This document shows positions 9,999-20,400 of a DNA stretch of 64,000 bases, piece by piece; the first letter of the stretch is position 1, and each line of letters begins with the position of its first letter. Made by a program: the position numbers and the translations under genes. Source of the DNA: Clostridia bacterium (GTDB taxonomy: Bacteria; Bacillota; Clostridia; UBA1381); contig JAGBHE010000026.1 of assembly GCA_017935675.1 (NCBI GenBank), forward strand, positions 17,436 through 81,435, read 5' to 3'. The notes beneath the pieces were generated by a model that was given only the letters and a program-made list of their open reading frames with translations, was not told the DNA's origin and ran no database searches.

Positions 9999-10274
9999 AT
10001 GGTTCACTTAGATTATAACACTAAAAAGGTGAACACCTAAATTACGAAAATAAAAACTGAAACTTTAAGTAAATTAGGTTTAAAATCAGAAGCTATAGCA
10101 AAGCAAATGGGTTGCTCGGGCAGAACAGTTCGTCGAGAATTGGCAAGAGGAAAAACAGAGATGTTAAACACAGATTATACAACAAGAATTGAATATAGTG
10201 CTGACATATGCCAGAAAAAACATGATTATAATGCAACAGCAAAAGGTCCGGCATTAAAAATTGCAAATGACTGA
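9999..10274 (+). mobile_element. Decayed N-terminal fragment of an IS30-family transposase (pseudogene)
   Basis: Translation of 10041-10274 gives ..IKTETLSKLGLKSEAIAKQMGCSGRTVRRELARGKTEMLNTDYTTRIEYSADICQKKHDYNATAKGPALKIAND*. This matches the HTH plus linker of Firmicutes IS30 transposases. Upstream, the ..EHLNYE.. piece is in another frame, so there is a frameshift. The catalytic DDE part is absent. Confidence 0.65.
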
Positions 10275-10298
10275 ACAAATTTTGTAAACTTTTTATGC

Positions 10299-10328
10299 TT
10301 GACAAAGAATCAGCCGATATGCTATAAT
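10299..10328 (+). promoter_or_regulatory. Candidate sigma-A promoter of locus A
   Basis: TTGACA (10299-10304), an 18-nt spacer, then TGcTATAAT (extended -10, TATAAT at 10323-10328). It lies about 130 nt upstream of the SBP gene. Confidence 0.55.
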
Positions 10329-10455
10329 AATGTAAATTTGCCGTTTTAAAAAAGTGGTTTTTTGTCTTATTTGTGATTTTATTTGATAATGAGTTCGTGA
10401 AGCGTTATTTCGGGCGGATATAACATATACATGAGTTTGGGAAGGATGACAATAT

Positions 10456-11931
10456 ATGAAATACAGAGTAAAACAGATAGTTATAGTTTGTATTGTGATG
10501 ATATTTTGTTCTGCTTGCTTTAACAGAAATGAAAAGCTGTCGAAGATTACGCTGAAATACGCTTGCAACATGAATTACAATGATGAAACACCGTTTGTGA
10601 AGGAGCTTGAAAAAAAGACCGGCATTAATTTGGAATTTGTAAATATATTTTACGATAATATTGATGAGAAAATGCAGCTTCTGTATTTAACGGATAGTCT
10701 TCCGGATATTATAGAAAATACATGGTCGCAAGTTGACGGCGGAGCTGTAGGAGCATACCGCAGAGGATATATTATGCGTCTTGATGACCTGATAGAGAAA
10801 TACTCTCCGAATTTGCGTGAGTATCTTGCTGCGCACCCACAGGTAGAGAAGAATGTACGGCTTGATGATGGTTATTATGTATATCCGTTTATTCGCGGGG
10901 ATGAAAGACTTAACGTATACAATGGCTTGTGTATACGCACAGACTGGCTGCAGCAGAGCGGGCTTTCTGTTCCTGAAACATTGGATGAGTGGCATAATGT
11001 TTTGCAGACCTTTAAAAGAAAATATAATTGTAAAACTCCGATAGCATTAAAGGCCGGAAGTTCGGATTTTGTATATGCATACGGAATTATCAATAACTTT
11101 TACATAAATAACGGCGAGGTATTCTATGGATATATGCAGCCGGAATACAAGGAATATCTGCAGATGATGAACCAATGGTATAATGAGGGACTTCTTGGTG
11201 AGAACTACCCCAATGAGGTTTATGATGTTGCTTATAGGATGTTTGAGGATGAAGCTTGCGGCGCTTTAGCTACAACTGCCGGTTATGGTATAGGAAGTAT
11301 ACTGAAGCTGGGAATTAATGTTGAAGGAGCGCCTGTGCCTGTAAAGAATAAAGGTCAAAGACCTTTTGCAGGTCAGTATGATTCGGAAATGGTAAATGTG
11401 GGAGCGGTAGCTATTTCAAGCGGATGTAAAAATCCGGAGGCCGCGGCACGTTTTCTGGATTATGGATATGGCGAGGAGGGGATGCTTCTCTATAATTTCG
11501 GTGTATATGGTGAAAGCTATATTATGTCTGATGAAGGGCCGCGTTACACTGATAAAATTATGAAAAGCCGTAATATCGGTGATGAAATGAGTAAATATCT
11601 TAGAGGATTGACCTCAGGACCATTTGTTCAGATGTGGGAATACATGGATCAATATACCTCACAGCCGGAGCAAAAAAGAGCGCTTGAACGCTGGATGCAA
11701 ACAGATGCGGCGGAGCATACCTTACCTGAATTAACCTTTACACAAGAGGAAAACGAAATTCTTTCGATGTTATCATTTAATGAATATGCAAAAGAGATGG
11801 AGCTTAATTTTATTTTAGGAATTACAGATTTTTCAGAATTTGACAATTATTTGGCAGAGTTATCAAAGAGAGGCGCGGATAAGGCACTGGAGATATATCG
11901 GCTTGCATATAAACGATATTGCAGCAGGTAG
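10456..11931 (+). CDS. ABC-type extracellular solute-binding lipoprotein, adjacent to a regulator and with no permease next to it
   Basis: 491 aa. Signal peptide with lipobox MIFCSACF, and family-1 large sugar SBP features. Paralogous to the SBPs at 1324, 27443 and 37075. Confidence 0.78.
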   Translation: MKYRVKQIVIVCIVMIFCSACFNRNEKLSKITLKYACNMNYNDETPFVKELEKKTGINLEFVNIFYDNIDEKMQLLYLTDSLPDIIENTWSQVDGGAVGAYRRGYIMRLDDLIEKYSPNLREYLAAHPQVEKNVRLDDGYYVYPFIRGDERLNVYNGLCIRTDWLQQSGLSVPETLDEWHNVLQTFKRKYNCKTPIALKAGSSDFVYAYGIINNFYINNGEVFYGYMQPEYKEYLQMMNQWYNEGLLGENYPNEVYDVAYRMFEDEACGALATTAGYGIGSILKLGINVEGAPVPVKNKGQRPFAGQYDSEMVNVGAVAISSGCKNPEAAARFLDYGYGEEGMLLYNFGVYGESYIMSDEGPRYTDKIMKSRNIGDEMSKYLRGLTSGPFVQMWEYMDQYTSQPEQKRALERWMQTDAAEHTLPELTFTQEENEILSMLSFNEYAKEMELNFILGITDFSEFDNYLAELSKRGADKALEIYRLAYKRYCSR

Positions 11932-11940
11932 GAGGACTAA

Positions 11941-14220
11941 TTGAGAAAAATGAAACTATTGAGAAAAATATCTCAGAAAAGTATTCTGACAACGTGGTTG
12001 TTATCATATCTGCTAGTTCTGTTTCTGCCAATATTAATGGGAGTGATTTTACTTTTTCAGTCGGTATATGCATCGCACAAGCAGCTTATGTATTATAATA
12101 ATTCAATATCCGCAGCATTAATTTCAGAAAATGACAGAAGCGTAGTGGAGCAGATGCAGGCTGTCACTATGGCTTCGGCAGATGATGAGATTCAGGCATC
12201 AGTTCATATGGAAACACCGATTTCCCCTGAAGAACAAAAGATTTTGTATTCTCTGAAGGAAAAAATGAGTAATTACAATATGAAGTTTTTCGCCGGGACA
12301 AACAATCAGAAATGTTTTATTGTTCTGAAAGGAATTAACCGAGTGGTAGATTCCAAATTTGTAAGCGAAACGGAGCAGTATTACCGTAAAAATTATGATG
12401 AGGAAGGAAAGGATTTTGAGGCATGGCTATCTGCTGTTTTTGATAATAAGTCGGGATATTTTCTGAAAACATTGCCGGACGGTGCTGTCAAGATTTGCTA
12501 TGTAGCATCATTTCCTGATGCTGCTTCGGTGAGAGGGGCTTTTGTCATTGAAAGAGAACTGCCTGATTTGAATAAAATAATATCGGAGCGTGTAAATAAT
12601 ACTTTACTGACGGAATGCGCTGCATTTGCCGGAAACGGAGATATGATTTTTTCAACGCACAAATTGTCAGATTTGTCTGCAGAAGAATTAACGGCGCTGG
12701 CAGAACGTGATGATGAACATGTACGTATTGATGGTCAGAAGTATTATTTGTGTACGCAGACCTCTGATGAAACAGGTCTTAAATATATGGTGGCAGTTTC
12801 GGATCTTACATGGAATAAAATGATTTTTAGTATTCGTATGTTCGGGATACTTATGCTTCTTGTATCTGTAATCGGCGGACTTGTTTTCATCTTTTTTGTG
12901 GTGCGATATAATTATGCACCTATTAAAAGTATTATGGAAAATGTGCATGGGCGAATACCGATGAATGGGAAGCAGAGTCAAAATGAGCTGGAAATCATTC
13001 AGGATGCTCTTTCAAATATAATAAATGAATATATTACTGTAAGCAAGCGTGCAGATACTCAAGCAGAAAAATTGAAAAAGCATGTTATCTGCGATGTCCT
13101 GCTCGGAGAACTGAAAACAAATGACCTAAAAGAATTGGATGTTGACTTTCGAGGAAAAAAGTTTGCAGTGGCATTGTTTGAATTTGAGGATTACGAAAGA
13201 CTTTTTGAGGGTGAAGACGATATCAGTGAGGCTGAAAAATTCAGCACCATACTTTTCGTACTGGAAAATATTGTTCGAGATGTTTTTAAAAACGGATCAA
13301 GAGGATATGTTACACGAATTGACAGCAGAGTGGCGTTGCTGCTGACACTTGACAACTATGAAAAATCGCAAAAAAAGATACGGCTGTTTGATACACTTCT
13401 GGATGTTAAGCACTTTATGGAAGAAAATATGTATATACGCTGTACAATATCGCTCAGCAGCATAGTAAGCACAGTTGATGAAATTGAAATAGCATACAGA
13501 GAAGCGTGCGAGGCACTTCAATATAAGCTTTCATTGGGAACAGAGATTATTATAACCCAGGAAGGTATTACAGTAACGGATAAAAGACGGTATGTGTATT
13601 CGCTGGAAAAGGAGCAAAAGCTTATAAATTATATAAAAACTTCAGATTCTGAAAAGGCTGTTGAGTTGATAGAAGAAATCTTTAAAGAAGGTGATTTATC
13701 GCTGGATATGCTTAAATGTCTTGCATACGGTATGGTTGGTACTATTTTCCGTATTACAGACAGTGAAGGAGATGAAGAATTCGAAGAACTTTCCCGAAAG
13801 CTGCTTGGGTTTGAAACAATTATGGAGCTTAAGGAAATGCTGATCTCTGAAACACAAAAAATGTGTGAACGTTATCAACCCAAGAAGGGGGATTTTCTTT
13901 GTGCAAGAGTGAAGAAGGTTGTAGAGGAGCAATACAGTAACCCTGATTTGTCTGTGGGATATATAGCAGAAATTTTAGGGGTACAGTATGCGTATTTGTC
14001 TGCCGCATTTAAAAGTTACGCCGGTGAGGGAGTTTTGGAGTATATCAGCCGTTTCAGAATTGATAGGAGCAAGGAACTGTTGAAGGACCCGCTTATGTCT
14101 GTTGATAATGTTGCTAAAAAAGTGGGATATACAACAAGCAAGACTTTTATACGAGTATTTAAAAAGCTGGAGGGTGTTACTCCGGCAAGCTACAGAAAGC
14201 ATGCCGTAAGTGAGCAGTAA
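11941..14220 (+). CDS. Membrane-spanning AraC-family one-component transcriptional regulator
   Basis: Two predicted TM helices (about aa 16-39 and 294-321) flank an extracytoplasmic region of about 250 aa. The C-terminal AraC HTH reads YIAEILGVQYAYLSAAFKSY...VGYTTSKTFIRVFKKLEGVTPASYRK. Start is TTG 11941 (5 nt after GGAGGA) or ATG 11950. Confidence 0.8.
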   Translation: MRKMKLLRKISQKSILTTWLLSYLLVLFLPILMGVILLFQSVYASHKQLMYYNNSISAALISENDRSVVEQMQAVTMASADDEIQASVHMETPISPEEQKILYSLKEKMSNYNMKFFAGTNNQKCFIVLKGINRVVDSKFVSETEQYYRKNYDEEGKDFEAWLSAVFDNKSGYFLKTLPDGAVKICYVASFPDAASVRGAFVIERELPDLNKIISERVNNTLLTECAAFAGNGDMIFSTHKLSDLSAEELTALAERDDEHVRIDGQKYYLCTQTSDETGLKYMVAVSDLTWNKMIFSIRMFGILMLLVSVIGGLVFIFFVVRYNYAPIKSIMENVHGRIPMNGKQSQNELEIIQDALSNIINEYITVSKRADTQAEKLKKHVICDVLLGELKTNDLKELDVDFRGKKFAVALFEFEDYERLFEGEDDISEAEKFSTILFVLENIVRDVFKNGSRGYVTRIDSRVALLLTLDNYEKSQKKIRLFDTLLDVKHFMEENMYIRCTISLSSIVSTVDEIEIAYREACEALQYKLSLGTEIIITQEGITVTDKRRYVYSLEKEQKLINYIKTSDSEKAVELIEEIFKEGDLSLDMLKCLAYGMVGTIFRITDSEGDEEFEELSRKLLGFETIMELKEMLISETQKMCERYQPKKGDFLCARVKKVVEEQYSNPDLSVGYIAEILGVQYAYLSAAFKSYAGEGVLEYISRFRIDRSKELLKDPLMSVDNVAKKVGYTTSKTFIRVFKKLEGVTPASYRKHAVSEQ

Positions 14221-14244
14221 ATATTCAGTCAGATTATTAAAAAC

Positions 14245-14293
14245 AAAAAACGTTATTTGTCGGAGCTGACGCTCCCGACAATAACGTTTTTTT
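14245..14293 (+). terminator. Rho-independent terminator after the AraC regulator gene
   Basis: Stem aaaaaacgttatttgtcggagc / gctcccgacaataacgttttttt, with an A-run before it and a T-run after it. Confidence 0.8.
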
Positions 14294-14483
14294 ATCGTAA
14301 AAGCACAGATTAACCTGCAGTAAAGCCTGAAATAAAGGCATTTATTAAAAATTGGGCTATAAACAAATAATTTTGTACCTTGATGAGGACGTGAAAATAA
14401 AGTATAATTATTATAAAAATTATTATAGCAATACGTATGCCGCAGAAACGGCAATGACAGCATTTCAATCAGGAGGTTTAAGC

Positions 14484-17400
14484 ATGAAAATAAATGTAAA
14501 CAGACTTTTGGCATGGACGCTGAGTATATGTTTTATGTTGTCTCAGAATTGTCTTGCCGAAGAGGGAACAGCTTCTTTGACAGCGGAAATTTTGGAGAAA
14601 GAAGATGTTTTGTCGGATGTTATTGAGGGGGATATTCCAGTAATTGATTTAGAACCAAGCCCTTCGGCTTCTGACGTGGCGCCGTCGGAAAACGCGGAAC
14701 CTATATCTGATGAAATTAGCATCAGCATGGCAGATAATGTAATGACTGCTCCTATTGTTACTCTTTCAGAGCAGGAAGCAGTTGAGGCAGACCTTGCGGC
14801 GATTACCGAGGAAAGTATTCTTTCAGTGCCGCTTACCGATGAAGGATATTTGATTGATCCGCTGGAAATTGACCAAATTACAAGCGGAGCAAACGGAAGT
14901 ACAATAACGTGGACTACATCGGATAGTGAAATCATATCAAATGACGGTATGGTAACACGTCCGGCAGAGAATACGTCCGTTGCTGTAACGGCAACTGCAA
15001 AGCTGGGGACAACAGAAGCTTCAAAGACATTTGAGTTTTGCGTTGCAGGTCAGTCAACGAACATAGCAAATATGCATGCTGACATATTCCCGATGTACTT
15101 TGATGATTTTTCCAATACAGAAAAGATAGACAGCAGAATAAAGACCTCGCGTTTTGTTTCGGGAGATACCATGACAGTGGAGAATGGTAAGCTGAAATTC
15201 AATAGAACCCAATGGAGTTCTTCAGAGGCAACAATGGCCTTTTATATGGATGAAGCAGAAAACACGATGAACGGAACATTCATTGCGCAGTATACTCTCA
15301 AAAAGCATACGGGTGTAGTACGAATGAGAATGTATAATGCGAACTGGAACTATATAACTCAGACAGCGTGGGAGGGCAACACGCTGACAATTCAGTACAG
15401 AGATCCGTCAGACTTGTCTAAGAGAAGAACCATATCGATAAACGCACCCACAAATCAGGCACTTAAATTTACTTATCTTTTAAATGTTAATGACTCACGA
15501 CCAACCTTTAGTATGTGGATTAATAACCGCGCTGTACTGACAGATGTTGTTTCTGCTACGGATTTCAGCCCTGCTGCACTTAAGTGGATTCAGTTTTACA
15601 ATATGCAGTACGAAAATTACAATGTCGGTTACTATACGGTTGATAACTTCGGAATTTACAAACTTCTCCCTGAAATGACAGATGAGGAAAGAGTAAAGGC
15701 TGATATAAATGCAATTACATATTCATCACTGATTAAAGGGACAACACCGCTTGACGGAACAGCATATTCTGACTTGGACCTCTCGCCGTATGGTAATAAC
15801 GGAAGTCGTATCATATGGAGCTCGTCAAATGAGGATTATATAAAGACTAACGGAACGGTTATACGCCCAACGGATACAAATGAGGAGGTTACCCTGAAGG
15901 CAAAGGTTATTTCGGGAGCGTACTCAATGGAAAAGGAAATAGTCATAAAAGTGCTGGGAGAACACATTGTGCTTGATGATTTACCGGAGCCGTATGATGG
16001 GTATATCATAAACAATACCTTTGACAGCCCGGATATGGAAAACAAACTTGTTACAAATACTGCCGGCGGAGGAACTGTTGAAATCAAGGACGGGGCACTT
16101 GTTATAAATAAAACAGATTCGGGTTCTGCACAGGTAGGCGCTTCAATTTATCATGGAGCGAGTGACAAAGATGCGGTAACAGGTATCATCGGCATTGAAT
16201 TCGATGTAGAAAACCCAAGCGGCAAAACGGTGCAGATACGAAGTATGGATCCAAACGGACATTTGTATTACAGTATGAGCGGAACTCCCACTAGTATGAG
16301 CGCAAATTATTCTAATGATCCGAATAAGGGGGGAAGCTTCGTATCATTCCCGGTAAACGGTGGAGACATTACACATTTTAATATGATGTTTGATACAGCC
16401 AACAGTTCTTATTGGCTGTGGGTGAACGGTGAGCTTAAGGTTTCAAGAAAGTATTCGCGTGATGTAGGAACGACATCATTAGGCTATACGATGTTTTATA
16501 TAGAAAATGTGAATACTATAAAGATAGACAATTACAAAGTTTATAACGCTCTTATGCCTCATGCATTGCGTCTTGGGTTTGATATAACAGATTTTTCGGA
16601 GGATATACTCTATAGCGAACCTCCGTCAGCCAAAGGTGTTATCAAGTCAAATCTCAATTTGCCGAAGCAGCTTAAATACTACACAAATATTACATGGTCA
16701 AGCAGCAATCCGGAAATAATTAATCCGCATACAGGTGCAGTAACAAGACCGGTTGATACCGATTCCAATCCTATTGTGATATTAACAGCACATCTGGAAA
16801 ACAGCGGAATGGAGGAGGAAAGGCAATTTACATTCCGTGTACTGCGTAATTTTTCAGATTCCGGAAAAATTATGCAGGAGGAAGTAAATACTCTTACATA
16901 TGCAGATATTACAGAGCAGAATCCGGCGGAAATAAAAACCTCTCTCAATCTTTCCGAAAAAGGCTTTTATGGAAATGCAATAACATGGTCTACTGATAAT
17001 TCAGATGTAATTACAAGCAGCGGACAGGTAATAAGACCGAGGTTTGATGAAGAAGATGCAAAGGTTACTCTTACTGCGACTGTTGGAGGAAAATACTCAA
17101 AGGATTTTGAGTTTATTGTAAAAGCAGATGATGCTCCCGTTGACCCTATGTATACTTCCGATGAGGATTTCTTCGGGATATGGAACGGAGGCTCATTTGT
17201 AAAGACTCCACAGCTTGATTACTCATATGAAGGTCTTGAGAAAGTGGAGGAATGTGCAAAGAGAGGAGATTACAGAGGAGCAAAAAATGAACTGTTATCC
17301 TACTTCCGAACAAGGAATATACCTTCGCCGTTGGCTTTAGGAACACGTAAAAACGGTTGGGTTGATGCGCGTGCCGATGGAATATTTGAGTTGTCGGAAG

Positions 17401-20400
17401 AAGCGGCATATTATAAAGGCGTTGCAATGATTACGTCTGATGACTATGAGCCTGTAAGCATTTCGCTGTATAATCCGGGCAATATTTCAAAGGTTAAAGA
17501 TAAAGGTTTTGAGATACTTGCTGCATATAACGAATGTACGTCAGCATACATAATCGGTACTGATACTGAGAACAAGAAGATGGTGCCGGAACTTACTCTT
17601 ACTGTTAACGGTGCTACACGTTCATATCGTGCGACAAAGGCGGCAACAATCCGTGCAGGAAGGTATATAAGTAAGCATCAGGAAGGCAATGATGTTCTTA
17701 CCGCAAAAATGTTCGGTGATTTTCTGGGAGATGAAACCTATCGTGTGCTGCTCAGCTTTGACCTTAGTGACATGGATGTGAATGACACAATAAGTGATGC
17801 ACAGCTTACATTATATGCAAAGAAAAGTGCAACGTATGCTGCAAATAAGAAGATTTATGTAATGCATGACACCTACAGCGGCTGGGATGAAAAAACAGTA
17901 TGCTGGGGAGATTTAAATTTTGTTCTGCACAATTACAACGGTCTTGAGGGCGGATATGACTGGAAGGGTGCAAAAAGCTCGGATATCGAGTTTGCTTATC
18001 AAGTATCAAGATTTATGCACACAAGAAATACACTTACAGAGTATAAATATACAGGAAATGAAAGGTATGCCTATAGTATACTTAGTCAGATAATGGATTT
18101 TATATGTGATACAGGTAATCAGATGCCATATCCGAGAAGCCTTGATACAGGATTGCGTATGCAGCAATGGGTACCGCTGATGAATGCTGTAAAAGATAGC
18201 CCGTATCTTACAGCGGATTTCTGTACGGCATTTATGAAATATATGTATCAGAACTTTAAATATTTCCCAACACGTGTCAATGCAACGGGAAACTGGAGAG
18301 AATATGAGCAGCTTGCGGTAGTATATGCAACTTCGGCATATCCTGAACTTACAAATTCAAAATCAACTCTGGATGCGTCGATTGAATCATGGAAGAATGC
18401 ATTTAACACGAGCTTTATGACTGACGGTACATATATTGAGCCTACATTCGGCTATCATCGCTCAAGCTTTGCGATGTACAGAGATTTCAAAAAAGCATGT
18501 GTAGAATCAAGAATTGAACTGCCCGAAGAGATGGATGAAAGACTGCTGAAAGCCGCGTATTATATGGCACTTTCAAAAGGCTCGGGCGGAGTTGCTCTGC
18601 AATATGGAGATGAGGGCGCCGGTGTGTCTGGTGCAAACGCTTATACAATAGTGTCCGATTGGTATAATGACAGAGAATTCCAATTTATTGACTCTATGGG
18701 AGCAAAGGGAACGGAACCAAACTGGACTTCCTATCATTTCCCGGAGGGAAGATATACATTTATGCGTTCCGACTGGGAAAAGAATGCATTGTGCCTGTTT
18801 ACTAATGTACGAGGCGGTGAGGGCGGACATGACCATGCCGATGATAACGGAATAGTGCTTTCCGACCACGGTAAGCTGCTGCTTGTGGATTCCGGAAAAT
18901 TTACCTATAACAATTATGACCCGGCAAGAATGTACGGTATGTCAACACGCGGTCATAATACCGTTGTAATAAATGACACCTCGCAGAGAAACCCATGGAC
19001 AACGGACATTAATGCTTCAAGAGGGCCAATACACCGTTGGCTGACGAACAGTAAATTTGACTTTCTTTCGCAAAGCACGCAGGCATATCCGGAGCATGAG
19101 CATATGCGAAGCATATTGTTTGTAAAGTCAGGCTTTGCAATTGTATCCGATAAGATTATGCCGAATGAAAAAACAGCGGTAAATAACTATAAGCAGTATT
19201 GGCATATGCTTCCAAATTCAAATATTACTGCGGATAATGAGAAAAGGATGATTTACTCGGATTTCTCTGACGGACAGAATATCCTTATTGCATCTGCCGA
19301 TGAAGCGGAAGCAACACTTGAGGATGGATACTATGAAAGCATCGGCAGCAGTGTGGTAGATGTTAAGGTAGGATATTTTGAAAAAACAGGTGCCGGTGAT
19401 GTTACACTTGATACTATACTTTATTCTACCGATTACGAAAGCGACAGCATCAGTGCAGAGCGAATAGATACAGGAAAGCCGACGGATAAAGCAACGGCGA
19501 TGAAGTTTACAATATCAGAGAAAACAGGAACAACTACATATTGCTACCTGTATAACTATGACTTTGAAAACGGAGGAGCAGTAACGTTTGATAAATACAG
19601 CAGTGACGCACGTATAGCACTTGTAGGCGAAAATGAAAAGGGCGAAATAACCGAGCTTATGATTGCGGATGGAAGCTATATAAATCAAAACGGAAAAACA
19701 CTCATTAAAACCGACAAAACCATAACTGATATTTCTTCAGAAGCAATCGGCAGCAGACTTGAGCTTGTGACCTCTGATGAAAACATTAGACCGGAAGACA
19801 TTCTTGTAAAAGGAACAAGCGTTACAAAGAGCATTCTTTTCAATAAAGAAGCAAAGGTTTACACTGTTTCAGACGGATTATTGCATCCGGGCAGTGCAGC
19901 GGCGGAAGAAAAACTTGAGTCTGATAACAATTCTGACGGAATAGGAGAAAGACCTGGATTTGGTAATATCGGAGGGGGTGCCGGTGGAGGTCCCGGAGGT
20001 AGTTCGGGAGGAAGCCCCGGAGGAGGCTTCGGCGGTAATTCCGGCAGTAATTCAGATGATAACTCAGGCAGCACTGTAGAATCTGTATTTAAGGATATGG
20101 ATAATCATTGGGCTAAGGAATATGTTGAATCACTATATAAAAAGGGAATGGTAAACGGAACAGAGGAAGGATATTTTTCTCCCGACCGTTCAATTTTCAG
20201 AAGTGAGTTTGTCACTATGGTAATGCGTTGCATAGGCGAAAAAAGAAGTGGTGAAACAAGCGGATTCGAGGACGTAAATGCAGATGACTGGTTTGCAGAA
20301 TCCGTAGCAGCAGCTGTAGAATTAGGAATTATTTCCGAGGATAGGTTGTTCAGACCTCAATCGAGCATTACTCGTGAGGAAATGAGTAAAATTCTTTGTA

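Noticed and set aside
19859-20074. Minus-strand 71-aa Pro-rich ORF (..PPKPPPGLPPELPPGPPPAPPP..)
   Set aside because: It is the antisense image of the Gly-rich linker (GGGAGGGPGGSSGGSPGGGFGG) of the 14484 gene. It has no RBS and lies entirely inside a well-supported CDS.
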